Of a stretch of DNA of 64,000 bases, positions 54,774 through 63,566 are shown piece by piece. Made by a program: the position numbers and the translations under genes. Every line of letters starts with the position of its first letter. Positions within the stretch are counted from its first letter, which is position 1. Source of the stretch: a virus; the IMG/VR virus record IMGVR_UViG_3300036795_000108, positions 23,222-87,221 of that record, one strand, 5' to 3'. A model generated the notes under the pieces. It did no database searches and was not told where the DNA came from. It saw nothing but the letters and a program-made list of their open reading frames with translations.

Positions 54774-54782
54774 AGTATAACG
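54774..54782 (-). promoter_or_regulatory. CGTTATACT promoter motif, copy 5
   Basis: Shares GAGTATAACGCAGCGCC (17 bp) with copy 1. Confidence 0.7.
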
Positions 54783-54800
54783 CAGCGCCGAGCAGACCGA

Positions 54801-57317
54801 TCAGCCGAGCACCCTGAGTCTCGCGCCCCCATCCGGCGCGGAAACATTGAAAGCATGGACCGCCGCATCATTCAAATCGTCGCGCGGGCCCGTCGGAAAG
54901 GCAAGCAGCTCCGCCTCAAACGCGCGAGTCCAACGCTCCCCCGACGGATGCCACACCCGGCCCGCGCGATACGCGTTCGAGAACGAAATCGCCCGAAACG
55001 CCTTATCGCCCCGCGGCTTGACCGGAATGATCGGCAGGCGGTGAGACACGTTGAGATGCTGGATGATCGCGCCGCCCTCATTCACATCCTCAATCGCGAT
55101 CGCCTCCGGCATCCACCCCATGTCACGCCACGTCTCGAACTTCTCCACGATCGCGTCCTCCTGTCGCGGCGCCGGCAGACGATCACGGTACGCGTCAATC
55201 ACCCACACCTGATCGCCCCGAAAGCCGAGCGTCACGATCGCCGTGTAATCCCCCCTCGCGGCATCACGCCCACCAGCCGTATCCACGCCCATGATGACGC
55301 GATCAAAGCTCGACGGCAGCTCGCCGCGCTGAATCCAGTTCGGGTCATAGATGTTGCCCTTCAGGACCGACGTGTCACCCTGGTAGATGAGCTGGAAAAC
55401 CAGCTCGTCGTTCTCGCGGAGCTTGACCAGATCCTCCCGAGACTGCGCGCTCGGCCATAACGCCATCTCGCCCCACTCAACCTCCATGTTGCGCTGATCA
55501 TGCGAACACGGGTTACGGCCCTGCGCCGACTGACCACACTGCGTGCATTTCACGATCCGATCCCAGTAACCCAACGCCGGCATGTGCAGCACATGGAAGT
55601 TCAAGTCGTCGACGAACAGCGGGAACAGGTCACGCTCGCCGAACCGGGTCATCAACACCACCATCCGCGTGCGCCGGTCGCCGCCCGGGGGACGCGAGCT
55701 GGCCGGGAAACGCTGGATGATCGTGTTCGTCACCTTCGCGCGCTGGCCCTCCATCGTAACCTCAGACCGCGCCTGATCCCACGTCGACGGGTCATCCAGG
55801 ATGATTTCGTCAAAGCGCCGGCCGAGGATCGGGCCGTCCATCCCCATCGCCGTCAAACCCGGGTTCGGGCCCGACGGCGTGTTGGTGAAGAACATCTCCT
55901 TCGTCGTCCAACGCCGATTCGGGTCCGGTGTCACATCGCCGAACGTGTTGGCGTAAGTTTCGCTCATCACCGTCTGCTGAACAGCCCGGCTGAAGCCCTC
56001 CGCCTGGGTCGCCGTATTAGAGATCAGGCCGATACGCAGATTGCCGTGACGGTGCCCCAACTTCCACGCCGGGTAGATCCACGACCCCAACGTCGAATTA
56101 TGCGTGGCGACTAGCTGCTCGCCGGCGAGATAGACGCCGCCCTGCACCTGGATGCACTGGCCGGGATATTCGCCGACGTGCTGGACGTCGACGACGAACC
56201 TCCGCCTTGCCCGTTCAGTGATGGTCGCCCGTAGCCGCGACGCCTTATACGGGACCGTGCAGCACTCACTCGCACTATCGGCCGTGAACAGCAGCCGCCA
56301 ATAAGGTCCGTGGTCGACGCCGTTGAGCATCGCCCGCGACTCGCATACGGTCGGCTTGAACCCGAGCGACGCCAACAGCAGACGCACGCCGTCTCGCAAC
56401 TCCGGGAGCGTTGTCGCGTAGGCACACTGGCCGCTGGTGATATGAACGTCGCCGTCCGTGTCGATGAGGCCCTGCAGCAGACGTCGGCGCTGATTCACGC
56501 TCGCGATCTGATAGATCGCAGGGATGTGCTTATGCCCGAGCAGCCCCGCGGCACGCAGATCCCCCACGAGCCCCCTTACGGTGATCGACGCGGTGCCGCG
56601 ATGCGGACGCTCGCGCATATTCCCGTCCAGCCAACGGTAATGCTCGACGTCGCGGATATTGAACGTAATCCGCCCCGACTTGGTCGTGCCGTTCCCCAGC
56701 CAAAGCCCCAAGATGTACGGGTCGATCGGAAGATCGGCATCTGGAAATTGGACTGGCTGAGCGACGGGGATCGCCGGCGGACGACGTTGCCCTACCAACA
56801 GGTCCCGCGTCTCAAGGCGCTCCCAGATCCGCTTGGTTGAACGCTGCATCTTGCCGTCCACGTAGCCGTCATAGCGGTATCGCTCCCGGTCGCAGAGGAC
56901 ATCCCACTCGTGGTTGGCATCAGCCACGATCGACGTGCCGTCATCAAAAACGACCCGTTCTCGCTCTCGCGTGGGCCACGGGATCGTCGCCTGAACCTTG
57001 ACCGGCGTCCCGTCCGGCGCGAACACCTCATCGCCAACCCGAAGGCGCCCATGCGTCGTCCAGCCGCAGGTCGTCAGCATCGGCGTGTCGTCACTCAGAA
57101 GCTTTGAGTAGCCCGGCGGCATCACGCAGATCAGGTACGGAAACCGGGCCTGATCCTGCAAGTGCGCGGCGAGCACCTGGTGATGCGGCGCCATGCTGAT
57201 CCGCCGCTCCCGATCATCGCGATGGGTCAGCCACGCGTACGGCGCGATGTCCGTCGGGCTCAGCCGACGCGCCTGGAGCAGCTTCTGCTCAAGGCTTGGC
57301 TGGTCAGCTACGGCCAC
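54801..57317 (-). CDS. terL: terminase large subunit with intein
   Basis: Walker A PPGYSK|ST split by the intein. IILDDP (Walker B), VLMTRF, GVDTA..DYTA, PTGPRDDLNDA nuclease motifs. Confidence 0.93.
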   Translation of the reverse strand: MAVADQPSLEQKLLQARRLSPTDIAPYAWLTHRDDRERRISMAPHHQVLAAHLQDQARFPYLICVMPPGYSKLLSDDTPMLTTCGWTTHGRLRVGDEVFAPDGTPVKVQATIPWPTRERERVVFDDGTSIVADANHEWDVLCDRERYRYDGYVDGKMQRSTKRIWERLETRDLLVGQRRPPAIPVAQPVQFPDADLPIDPYILGLWLGNGTTKSGRITFNIRDVEHYRWLDGNMRERPHRGTASITVRGLVGDLRAAGLLGHKHIPAIYQIASVNQRRRLLQGLIDTDGDVHITSGQCAYATTLPELRDGVRLLLASLGFKPTVCESRAMLNGVDHGPYWRLLFTADSASECCTVPYKASRLRATITERARRRFVVDVQHVGEYPGQCIQVQGGVYLAGEQLVATHNSTLGSWIYPAWKLGHRHGNLRIGLISNTATQAEGFSRAVQQTVMSETYANTFGDVTPDPNRRWTTKEMFFTNTPSGPNPGLTAMGMDGPILGRRFDEIILDDPSTWDQARSEVTMEGQRAKVTNTIIQRFPASSRPPGGDRRTRMVVLMTRFGERDLFPLFVDDLNFHVLHMPALGYWDRIVKCTQCGQSAQGRNPCSHDQRNMEVEWGEMALWPSAQSREDLVKLRENDELVFQLIYQGDTSVLKGNIYDPNWIQRGELPSSFDRVIMGVDTAGGRDAARGDYTAIVTLGFRGDQVWVIDAYRDRLPAPRQEDAIVEKFETWRDMGWMPEAIAIEDVNEGGAIIQHLNVSHRLPIIPVKPRGDKAFRAISFSNAYRAGRVWHPSGERWTRAFEAELLAFPTGPRDDLNDAAVHAFNVSAPDGGARLRVLG
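56097..57101 (-). mobile_element. class-3-type intein (335 aa) with LAGLIDADG homing endonuclease
   Basis: Begins with Leu (LLSDDTPMLT). W in block B (ANHEW), C in block F (QCIQV), T in ATHN|S. Endonuclease motifs YILGLWLGNG and LLQGLIDTDG. Confidence 0.88.
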
Positions 57318-57540
57318 TAGACGATGCGGTGACCCACTGATCCAGACGCTCGCGTGCCGTGCCGGCCACCTGGTCGGTCAGCCGGTCGATGGTCGCCGAC
57401 GCGACCGCTGCCTGAGCCTCGATCCCTGCTGCGTCCTGTGTCGGCCTCGGGTTGATGGCCGTGTCGGTCTGTTGGAGTTTGATCAGCGGATCCGACGGAT
57501 CGCCAACCAGCACCATGACCGTCACCTCGATCGCCATCAC
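57304..57540 (-). CDS. hypothetical protein
   Basis: Coupled to terL. Confidence 0.5.
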   Translation of the reverse strand: MMAIEVTVMVLVGDPSDPLIKLQQTDTAINPRPTQDAAGIEAQAAVASATIDRLTDQVAGTARERLDQWVTASSSGRS

Positions 57541-57788
57541 CGCCTCCCGTTCATGGCTTCGATGGCCTCCGCGAGCTGCTGGTTGACCGTCAACTGAACC
57601 TCTGCCAGCTCGTACATGGTGGCCTGCTTCGTCTTCAGGTCGATGAGGATGTCCGGGCGCAGCAGCTTCAGGTCATCCGGCGTCTTGACGTCCTTGAGCG
57701 TCAGCGCGCGGTTGGCTGCGCGCTCCTGGCGTTCCTCCTCGGCCGTCTGGTTGCGTTCCCGTGCGGCACGCAACGCCTCGTAGGTCAC
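57537..57788 (-). CDS. hypothetical coiled-coil protein
   Basis: GTG start (TYEALRAARE), coupled. Confidence 0.5.
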   Translation of the reverse strand: MTYEALRAARERNQTAEEERQERAANRALTLKDVKTPDDLKLLRPDILIDLKTKQATMYELAEVQLTVNQQLAEAIEAMNGRR

Positions 57789-57951
57789 TTCGCATCCTCC
57801 CGCTGCGGCTTGATGACCTTCGTCTGACGATCCGCCGCGGGCAGGTCGGTCGCCTTGCGGACCCGCCGCGGCGGCTTGGGCTCCGGCGTCGGGGTCTCGG
57901 GCCTTAGATCCGGCGTCTGCTCCTGCACTTGGTCTCCCCGGTCGATCAACT

Positions 57952-58143
57952 CTAGGCGTCCGCGCGGTTGATGACGACCGCACTCATCGAGATCCCCAGC
58001 TTCAGCACGCCCGTCTCCATCGCACTCGCCGTGATCGCCGCCGTCGTCGTTTGGAGGTGACCGCCGGTCACCTCGACGTCCCGCAGGTCACCATCCGGGC
58101 CGAACGTCACCGTCACCCGCGCCTGCGTTGGGTCGGCGCTCAC
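57952..58143 (-). CDS. hypothetical protein
   Basis: Coupled ORF. Confidence 0.45.
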   Translation of the reverse strand: MSADPTQARVTVTFGPDGDLRDVEVTGGHLQTTTAAITASAMETGVLKLGISMSAVVINRADA

Positions 58144-58346
58144 AACGCCAAACCCTCGATCTGCATCGCGAACCCACGCAGGTTGCTGTTCTGTTTGAGG
58201 ATCGCGGCCAACTCACCCTCAGCCTCGGCCTTACTCCACGACGCCTCGCCTGGGACGCCGCTCACGATGTGCCGGTCGATCTTGCCATCGACCAGCCGCT
58301 CCTCCGTGTAGATGACGTAGTTCTCAGCCATTCGGTCAGTCCTCAC
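58140..58346 (-). CDS. hypothetical protein
   Basis: Coupled ORF. Confidence 0.45.
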   Translation of the reverse strand: MRTDRMAENYVIYTEERLVDGKIDRHIVSGVPGEASWSKAEAEGELAAILKQNSNLRGFAMQIEGLAL

Positions 58347-58516
58347 GAGAGCCGCTCATGACTTCACGACCTTGATCGGCGGCGGCCAGAACCTCAGATG
58401 ACCGTGCTTCGCGCCGAGCCACAGGTGCAAGCCTGGGTAGACGTGGCTTTCGCCAGCACGGAAGATCTTGACCCGCTTCCCCTGGTAGACAGGGTCCATC
58501 GGCGACGACGCGCCCA

Positions 58517-59374
58517 TCAGAGCGGGCGGGCGATCGTGCGCAGGTCGCTGACCAGCGACTTATCGAGCATGTACCGCCACTTCATGAGGAAGAACCCGAG
58601 CCCGTCAAGCCCCCACGGCGACTGGACCGAGCCGGCCGCCTCGGACTCCTTACCGTCCCACGAGTTCGCGCACAGGCAGTAGTCCGGATACTTGCTCAGG
58701 TAGCCGCAGGCGAGCACCTCATGCCCACCGAGGATCTGCTCCGTGCGGCCCGGCATCGGGACGATCCCCGTCTTGGTGACCTCGGCCGACTCGAACGACT
58801 CGTAGACCGTGAACCCGTAGGTCATGAGCTGGTCGTTCGACAGGACCGCCTTGATCGACGCTTCGGTCTGCGGCACCGTGACGACCTGCTTGGTCAGCTT
58901 GTAGGCAACCTCCGCGTCGAGGTACTTGCTTGGCTCCTTAGCCGGATCGAAGTAGCTCTCCGGCGGCGCGCCGTCCTGCTCCATCCCCTTCCAGGTGTAC
59001 GGCCACGCCGTCTCAAGCGGGATGCCGCCCTTCGCGACCGTGTAGGCGTCGTGACCCTCAGCGCCGGTGTCGCCCTGACCGATCGAGCCCTCGATCTTGC
59101 GCTCGCCCCAGTACACGCCGAGCCGGCACAGCGGGCCGGGATCTTCGCCATCGAGATACGCGTCATAGCGGAACTTCTGGGTCGTCGCGTTCGCGGTACA
59201 TGACCCCATCGCCCACTGATTCCAGATCCACTTCGCGAGGAACTCCCGCGGGTCGACCTGCTGCTTGATGGTGATGCCACCCACGTTCGCGGTTGGCTCC
59301 TCGAAACCCCCGAGGGAACGCTTGAAGCCATAGCGGGCGATCTGCCGTTCGGATGGGACGATGATCTCAGGCAC
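58517..59374 (-). CDS. papain-like cysteine peptidase (C1)
   Basis: NQWAMGSCTANA (Gln, Cys), GGHEVLACGY (His), ANSW (Asn), WG..GFF motifs. Confidence 0.9.
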   Translation of the reverse strand: MPEIIVPSERQIARYGFKRSLGGFEEPTANVGGITIKQQVDPREFLAKWIWNQWAMGSCTANATTQKFRYDAYLDGEDPGPLCRLGVYWGERKIEGSIGQGDTGAEGHDAYTVAKGGIPLETAWPYTWKGMEQDGAPPESYFDPAKEPSKYLDAEVAYKLTKQVVTVPQTEASIKAVLSNDQLMTYGFTVYESFESAEVTKTGIVPMPGRTEQILGGHEVLACGYLSKYPDYCLCANSWDGKESEAAGSVQSPWGLDGLGFFLMKWRYMLDKSLVSDLRTIARPL

Positions 59375-59400
59375 TGAAAGTCTCCGTTCTCTGATTCGGG

Positions 59401-59871
59401 TCAGGCAGCCTTGCGGCGACCCGGGGTTTTAGATCCCGCGGGACTCGCCGTACGGGCCGTACGCGGGTCCCTCTGCGCTTCGCCCTGAGCGTCGCGGTCG
59501 CGCTCTAACTCCGCGACGCGCAGCTCCGCGGCATCCGCGCGCTGACGGTCAGCCTCGGCGACCTGCATCAACGCCGCATGATCCTGCTGCAACTCCGCGA
59601 AACGCACCGCCTCGGCCTCCGCCGCATCCTGATAGGAGGCCGCCAACGCCAACTGCATCTGGCGTAGACGGTCCGCCATCCCGTCCGCGACCTGGCCGAA
59701 CTTCTCGCGCATCAGCCGAAACGTCGGCTCGGTCACCTCCTGAAACACCGCCATCCCCCCACCGGGATGCACCGTATGGACGCGGTAGCGCAACGTCCCG
59801 TCCTCCGCTCGGGTCGCGCGGATCTCCGGCAGCCCCGTCTCTGGATCCAGCACGATCTCACGAACAGCCAT
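59401..59871 (-). CDS. coiled-coil hypothetical protein
   Basis: RBS gaggggaa. Confidence 0.6.
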   Translation of the reverse strand: MAVREIVLDPETGLPEIRATRAEDGTLRYRVHTVHPGGGMAVFQEVTEPTFRLMREKFGQVADGMADRLRQMQLALAASYQDAAEAEAVRFAELQQDHAALMQVAEADRQRADAAELRVAELERDRDAQGEAQRDPRTARTASPAGSKTPGRRKAA

Positions 59872-59883
59872 CGCGTTCCCCTC

Positions 59884-60300
59884 CTACGTCGTAACCGAGT
59901 TGTCTTCTTCGGGAAGCAGAACGTCGTCGGACGGCTCGGGGTCGGCCGGCTCGCGGATCACGCCGATCTGCTGGACCTTCCACGCCGTCCCCATCGGCAA
60001 CTCGCCCATGATCGGACCCGTCCGGACCGTGTCGTTCTGCATCGCCGGCCCCAGACTGTAGGCGTCGGACTGAACGAACGCCGCCAATGTCGGATCGCCG
60101 ATCGAGACTGTCACCCACACCTGCTCCTCGACGCGCTGGACGGCCGTGACCTCGCCGATCGCCTCGCCCTGGAAGTTCATGCGGACCGGCTTGCCGATCA
60201 GCGAAGCGCACATCGCAGCGATCGCCTCCTCGGTCAGATACCACTGCGGTTCCGAAAGGGGATGCGCCCGCGTCGCGAGCAGGCTGGTCACCTCAGGCAT
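59884..60300 (-). CDS. hypothetical protein, weakly prohead-protease-like fold
   Basis: LTEEAI...LIGKPV..NF..AIGEV pattern. Confidence 0.45.
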   Translation of the reverse strand: MPEVTSLLATRAHPLSEPQWYLTEEAIAAMCASLIGKPVRMNFQGEAIGEVTAVQRVEEQVWVTVSIGDPTLAAFVQSDAYSLGPAMQNDTVRTGPIMGELPMGTAWKVQQIGVIREPADPEPSDDVLLPEEDNSVTT

Positions 60301-60468
60301 GCGTCAGCGGCTTAGATCCGCGGTACGGGGTGTTCGGCTGCGGGGTGAGCTTGCTGCCATGCGCCGGGCAGCGCGGCACCGGATCGTACTCCCCGACGAA
60401 GTAGCGAAACTGCCGGCGGGCACCCTTATCATCATCCCGGCATTTTTCGCAGATGAATCCCCGGCGCA

Positions 60469-60831
60469 TCAGCCCTCCCGTGTCCTCGCTTGCCGAGGAT
60501 CAGCATACCCGCTGGAGTGCTGGATGATGATCTGCCCGCAGGACACGTTGACGACCGTCACATCCACCGGCGCCATGAACACCGCCCCAGGCGCCGCGTA
60601 GCCGCCGTACACCGTGCTCTCGCCCGGCGGCGCGCGATTCGGCCGGGGCTCCTCAGCCGTACCCGCCGCGACCTCCGCGAACGTCAGCCGATGACGTTCG
60701 ATCAGACGTCGCGCCCTGCCGGTCGCCGCGGCCTGCTCAGGCTCGGTGCAGCCGTTCTCGACAGTCATCTCCGCAAGGCTCCGAACCCGGTCAATCGCAC
60801 GCTGTCGCTCGCTTGGCACCCATGTCATCAT
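60469..60831 (-). CDS. DUF2786-like domain protein
   Basis: IDRVRSLAEMT..NGCTEPEQAAA..RARRLIERHRL. Confidence 0.6.
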   Translation of the reverse strand: MMTWVPSERQRAIDRVRSLAEMTVENGCTEPEQAAATGRARRLIERHRLTFAEVAAGTAEEPRPNRAPPGESTVYGGYAAPGAVFMAPVDVTVVNVSCGQIIIQHSSGYADPRQARTREG

Positions 60832-60922
60832 CGCAGGGCCAGCGGGCGACGGCTCGCGCCGGGGCACGCGCCCCCGCGTCCCAGCGCCCCATCGCCGCCG
60901 TCTGCTGGCATATCGCTTCAGA

Positions 60923-61498
60923 TCACCGGACGAGCCTCCAACTGACCTCGGCGACCCCGGCCTGCTGGATGCCCAGCCATCCGGCGAGATCCTGACCCAG
61001 GTCATATCCGCGCGACGGGATGTACGGCCCGGAGTCGTCGCGGACGCCGACGATGCAATGCGACGACCCCGCCGGATAGCAGAACTCGACGCGGGCGCCC
61101 ATCGGGACGCACAACCCCATCCCGCACGCCGCGAACCCCATCGTCGCATGCACCCCCGACGCGGTCTGGCCGGCGTCGTCATACCACGACACGGCCGTGC
61201 TGTGCATCGGGTGATCGCGCCGGTGTCGCCACCTCGACCGGTGCGCCGAGAGCATCCGGTGCAGTTGGGGTCGATGCTGCGTGTTCCACTGGCAGCGGAT
61301 GTACCAGCCGATCTTGCGGGCCCGGTGCGCTGAGACGCCGCCTAAGCCCCCGTACGCGGCGTCGACGGCCCGCCGGGCCATCCTGATGGTGAAGTGGTGG
61401 CTACAGCCCTCCGGGACGTGCTGGAAGCGCTGAGGGGGTTCGTGTTGCGGCACGGCCATAGAGAAGGCGACCATGAAGGTCGCCGCGAGAGACTGCAT
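60923..61498 (-). CDS. secreted RlpA-like (double-psi beta-barrel) lytic transglycosylase-like protein
   Basis: Signal peptide. SWYDD..QTASG, PMGARVEF, DDSGPY..RGYDL motifs. RBS aggagg. Confidence 0.75.
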   Translation of the reverse strand: MQSLAATFMVAFSMAVPQHEPPQRFQHVPEGCSHHFTIRMARRAVDAAYGGLGGVSAHRARKIGWYIRCQWNTQHRPQLHRMLSAHRSRWRHRRDHPMHSTAVSWYDDAGQTASGVHATMGFAACGMGLCVPMGARVEFCYPAGSSHCIVGVRDDSGPYIPSRGYDLGQDLAGWLGIQQAGVAEVSWRLVR

Positions 61499-61601
61499 AG
61501 GTTCCTCCTGCGGTTGGTTTCGTTCCTTGGGTCAGCAGACGCGCGGGATCCCTACACCGCTCACCAGGGGCGAGCTACTTCGGGCGCGCGTAGGTGTTGG
61601 C

Positions 61602-62069
61602 CTAGTGGACTTCCTCCTCTCGTTCGGGCTGACGTGCCCGCCGCCGAGCGCGCTTCTGCAACAGATCAGCGATCTGTCGCTCGGCTCGATCATCCGGCGC
61701 GTCGATGTTCTCACGACCATGAGCCGCAGCCTCGGCGCCAGACGCGAACAACGCCACCGGGGTCTCGTAGTCAAGGACGGCATCCAACGTCTCGCCGGAC
61801 AGCTCCCCGGTCATCGCGGCGAGTCGAACCGCGAGCGAGTGATCCATGTCGTGGCACCCTACCCAGCCGGCGCACAGACGGCCGTTCTGCTGATGGCAAA
61901 GGAACAGGCCCCGGGACTGCGACCCGGTCTCGCAGTCATAGTGCTCAAGTTGGTCGTACTCCTCCTCATGCCAGACCCCGCTGGGCACGTCACAGCGATA
62001 GGGACAGGATCCGCACGGGTTGGCGGCTGGCGCGTGGACCTCGCTGCGTTGCTCGGAACCGGGGTTCAT
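61602..62069 (-). CDS. DUF6283-like protein
   Basis: PCGSCPYRCDVPSGVW..EY..L..YD, FLCHQ..RLCAGW motifs. Confidence 0.75.
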   Translation of the reverse strand: MNPGSEQRSEVHAPAANPCGSCPYRCDVPSGVWHEEEYDQLEHYDCETGSQSRGLFLCHQQNGRLCAGWVGCHDMDHSLAVRLAAMTGELSGETLDAVLDYETPVALFASGAEAAAHGRENIDAPDDRAERQIADLLQKRARRRARQPEREEEVH

Positions 62070-62335
62070 GCCGCGCTCCTTCTGAGCAGGCTCGTCAAAT
62101 GCCACGCCCCGCAGGTCGCGCACCGGTAGGTGGAGCGTTCCCCACCGCCCTTCGCCCGCAACGTCTCCAAGACCACGAGGGCCTTGTGCTGGGTGCGGTA
62201 GCCGACCTTCCGGTAGCCGACCTTCCCCGTGGGGCAGGATCTGCGGTCGGCGCGGTGAGTGATCCGCCGGACCTGCCTGGGGAACGTCTCCGGGCTCTCC
62301 ATGACGATGGGGCGTGGGGTGGTGCGATATCTCAT
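62066..62335 (-). CDS. small Zn-binding protein
   Basis: CPTGKVGY...YRCATCGAWHLTS. Confidence 0.65.
   Translation of the reverse strand: MRYRTTPRPIVMESPETFPRQVRRITHRADRRSCPTGKVGYRKVGYRTQHKALVVLETLRAKGGGERSTYRCATCGAWHLTSLLRRSAA
62196..62225. repeat. perfect 15-bp in-frame tandem duplication
   Basis: cggtagccgaccttc x2, giving KVGYR-KVGYR. Confidence 0.9.
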
Positions 62336-63054
62336 GCCGCCTCCTGTCGTGAGCTGATCTCAGCCATGAGGTAGCCGCCGATGTGCTCGGTGTACGCCGG
62401 CGGGATCGCGTCCGTGAGGCCCTTGCGCTTGGTGACCCATGGCATCCGCATGACCTCGCGCGCCTCCTCAGTTGTCGCCTGACGCGGCCCACGGCGGGTG
62501 CCGGGATGCTTGAAGCCCGGCTCGTGGATGCCGTCGCTGGAGCCGTAGACACCGACGACGTCCTCAACGGCCGCGTGCTGACAGTGGAGCGCGGGCACGA
62601 ACACGTTGGACGCGAACCACCGATGCCGGTAGAGCCGTAGGCCAAACGAGGTGCCGCAGAGCTGGAACCGGTAGATGTCAGTTGGGAAGTCACGTCGAGC
62701 GCCGCCGACGTTCTCGACGACCCACGGGATGTCCACGGAGCGAAGCAAGTCAATGGTCGGCACGAGCAGCTTCGGATGGTCTTGCTTGGCAGTCGGCATC
62801 ACCTTGAGGTTCGAGTACGCCTGACAGGGCGGGGACGCGTGGATCGCGTCGAAGTCCTCCAGGCGCCAGCCTGAGCCGCGCTGTTGGAAGTCATAATCCT
62901 GACGCAGGACGCCGAGGGCGTCGGCCTGCTCGAACTCGAACGGGTAGTCCGGTTGGTCGTGAATGTCGACGCCGACCACGTCGAACCCCGCACGGTGGTA
63001 GCCCATCGCAGCACCGCCGGCCCCGCAGAACAGATCAAGCAGCCGAGGCCTCAT
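62332..63054 (-). CDS. C5 cytosine DNA methyltransferase
   Basis: LLDLFCGAGG (motif I), HASPPCQ (IV), VVENV (VI), R.RWF (VIII). Confidence 0.9.
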   Translation of the reverse strand: MRPRLLDLFCGAGGAAMGYHRAGFDVVGVDIHDQPDYPFEFEQADALGVLRQDYDFQQRGSGWRLEDFDAIHASPPCQAYSNLKVMPTAKQDHPKLLVPTIDLLRSVDIPWVVENVGGARRDFPTDIYRFQLCGTSFGLRLYRHRWFASNVFVPALHCQHAAVEDVVGVYGSSDGIHEPGFKHPGTRRGPRQATTEEAREVMRMPWVTKRKGLTDAIPPAYTEHIGGYLMAEISSRQEAA

Positions 63055-63097
63055 GCGGTGGCGCCGATCAGGTTGAGGGTCGGGATGTCCAACGTGT

Positions 63098-63280
63098 TCA
63101 TCGCCCACCCTTCCACGCTTGCTCGTTCAGCCGCTCGATCATGTCGTTGATCTCAAGCCGCACCCGCAAAATCTCTAGTCCCGATGCGGGCTTGCTAGCT
63201 AGCTCGGCGTAATCGTGAGGATGCAGGCGATCAAGATCGCGCGCTGACTTGACCTGATGTATGCGCAGCCAATCGGTCAT
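63098..63280 (-). CDS. hypothetical protein
   Basis: ATGA-coupled. Confidence 0.5.
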   Translation of the reverse strand: MTDWLRIHQVKSARDLDRLHPHDYAELASKPASGLEILRVRLEINDMIERLNEQAWKGGR

Positions 63281-63558
63281 CGCTCGTCCTCAGCGTCAAT
63301 CGCGCAACAGGCAGCGAACGTCGCCAGCGATCGATCGTGTTCGTCGAGCCGGATGCCTAAATCCAGCTCGACGGACTGAACCACTAGATCCACGCGCATA
63401 TGGAACTCGGCGTCGTTGAGATAGCGCCACTCGATAGGCACCTTGACTCGCTCGTGGTGCCCAAGACCAGGACCGAAGGCGCCGTCATCCTTGAGTTCCC
63501 AGTGACGCGGTTCGCCGCTCTGCTCGGTCATCCGGTCGCCTCCGTGTTCGATCGACAC
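63277..63558 (-). CDS. hypothetical protein
   Basis: Coupled ORF. Confidence 0.5.
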   Translation of the reverse strand: MSIEHGGDRMTEQSGEPRHWELKDDGAFGPGLGHHERVKVPIEWRYLNDAEFHMRVDLVVQSVELDLGIRLDEHDRSLATFAACCAIDAEDER

Positions 63559-63566
63559 TTGTCATC

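Noticed and set aside
56310-56840. Possible antisense gene inside the terminase intein
   Set aside because: No recognisable motifs, and this intein already has an in-frame LAGLIDADG domain.
61515-61545. Hammerhead-like CTGCTGA...CGAAAC
   Set aside because: The core deviates from CUGANGA, and stems II and III cannot be formed convincingly.
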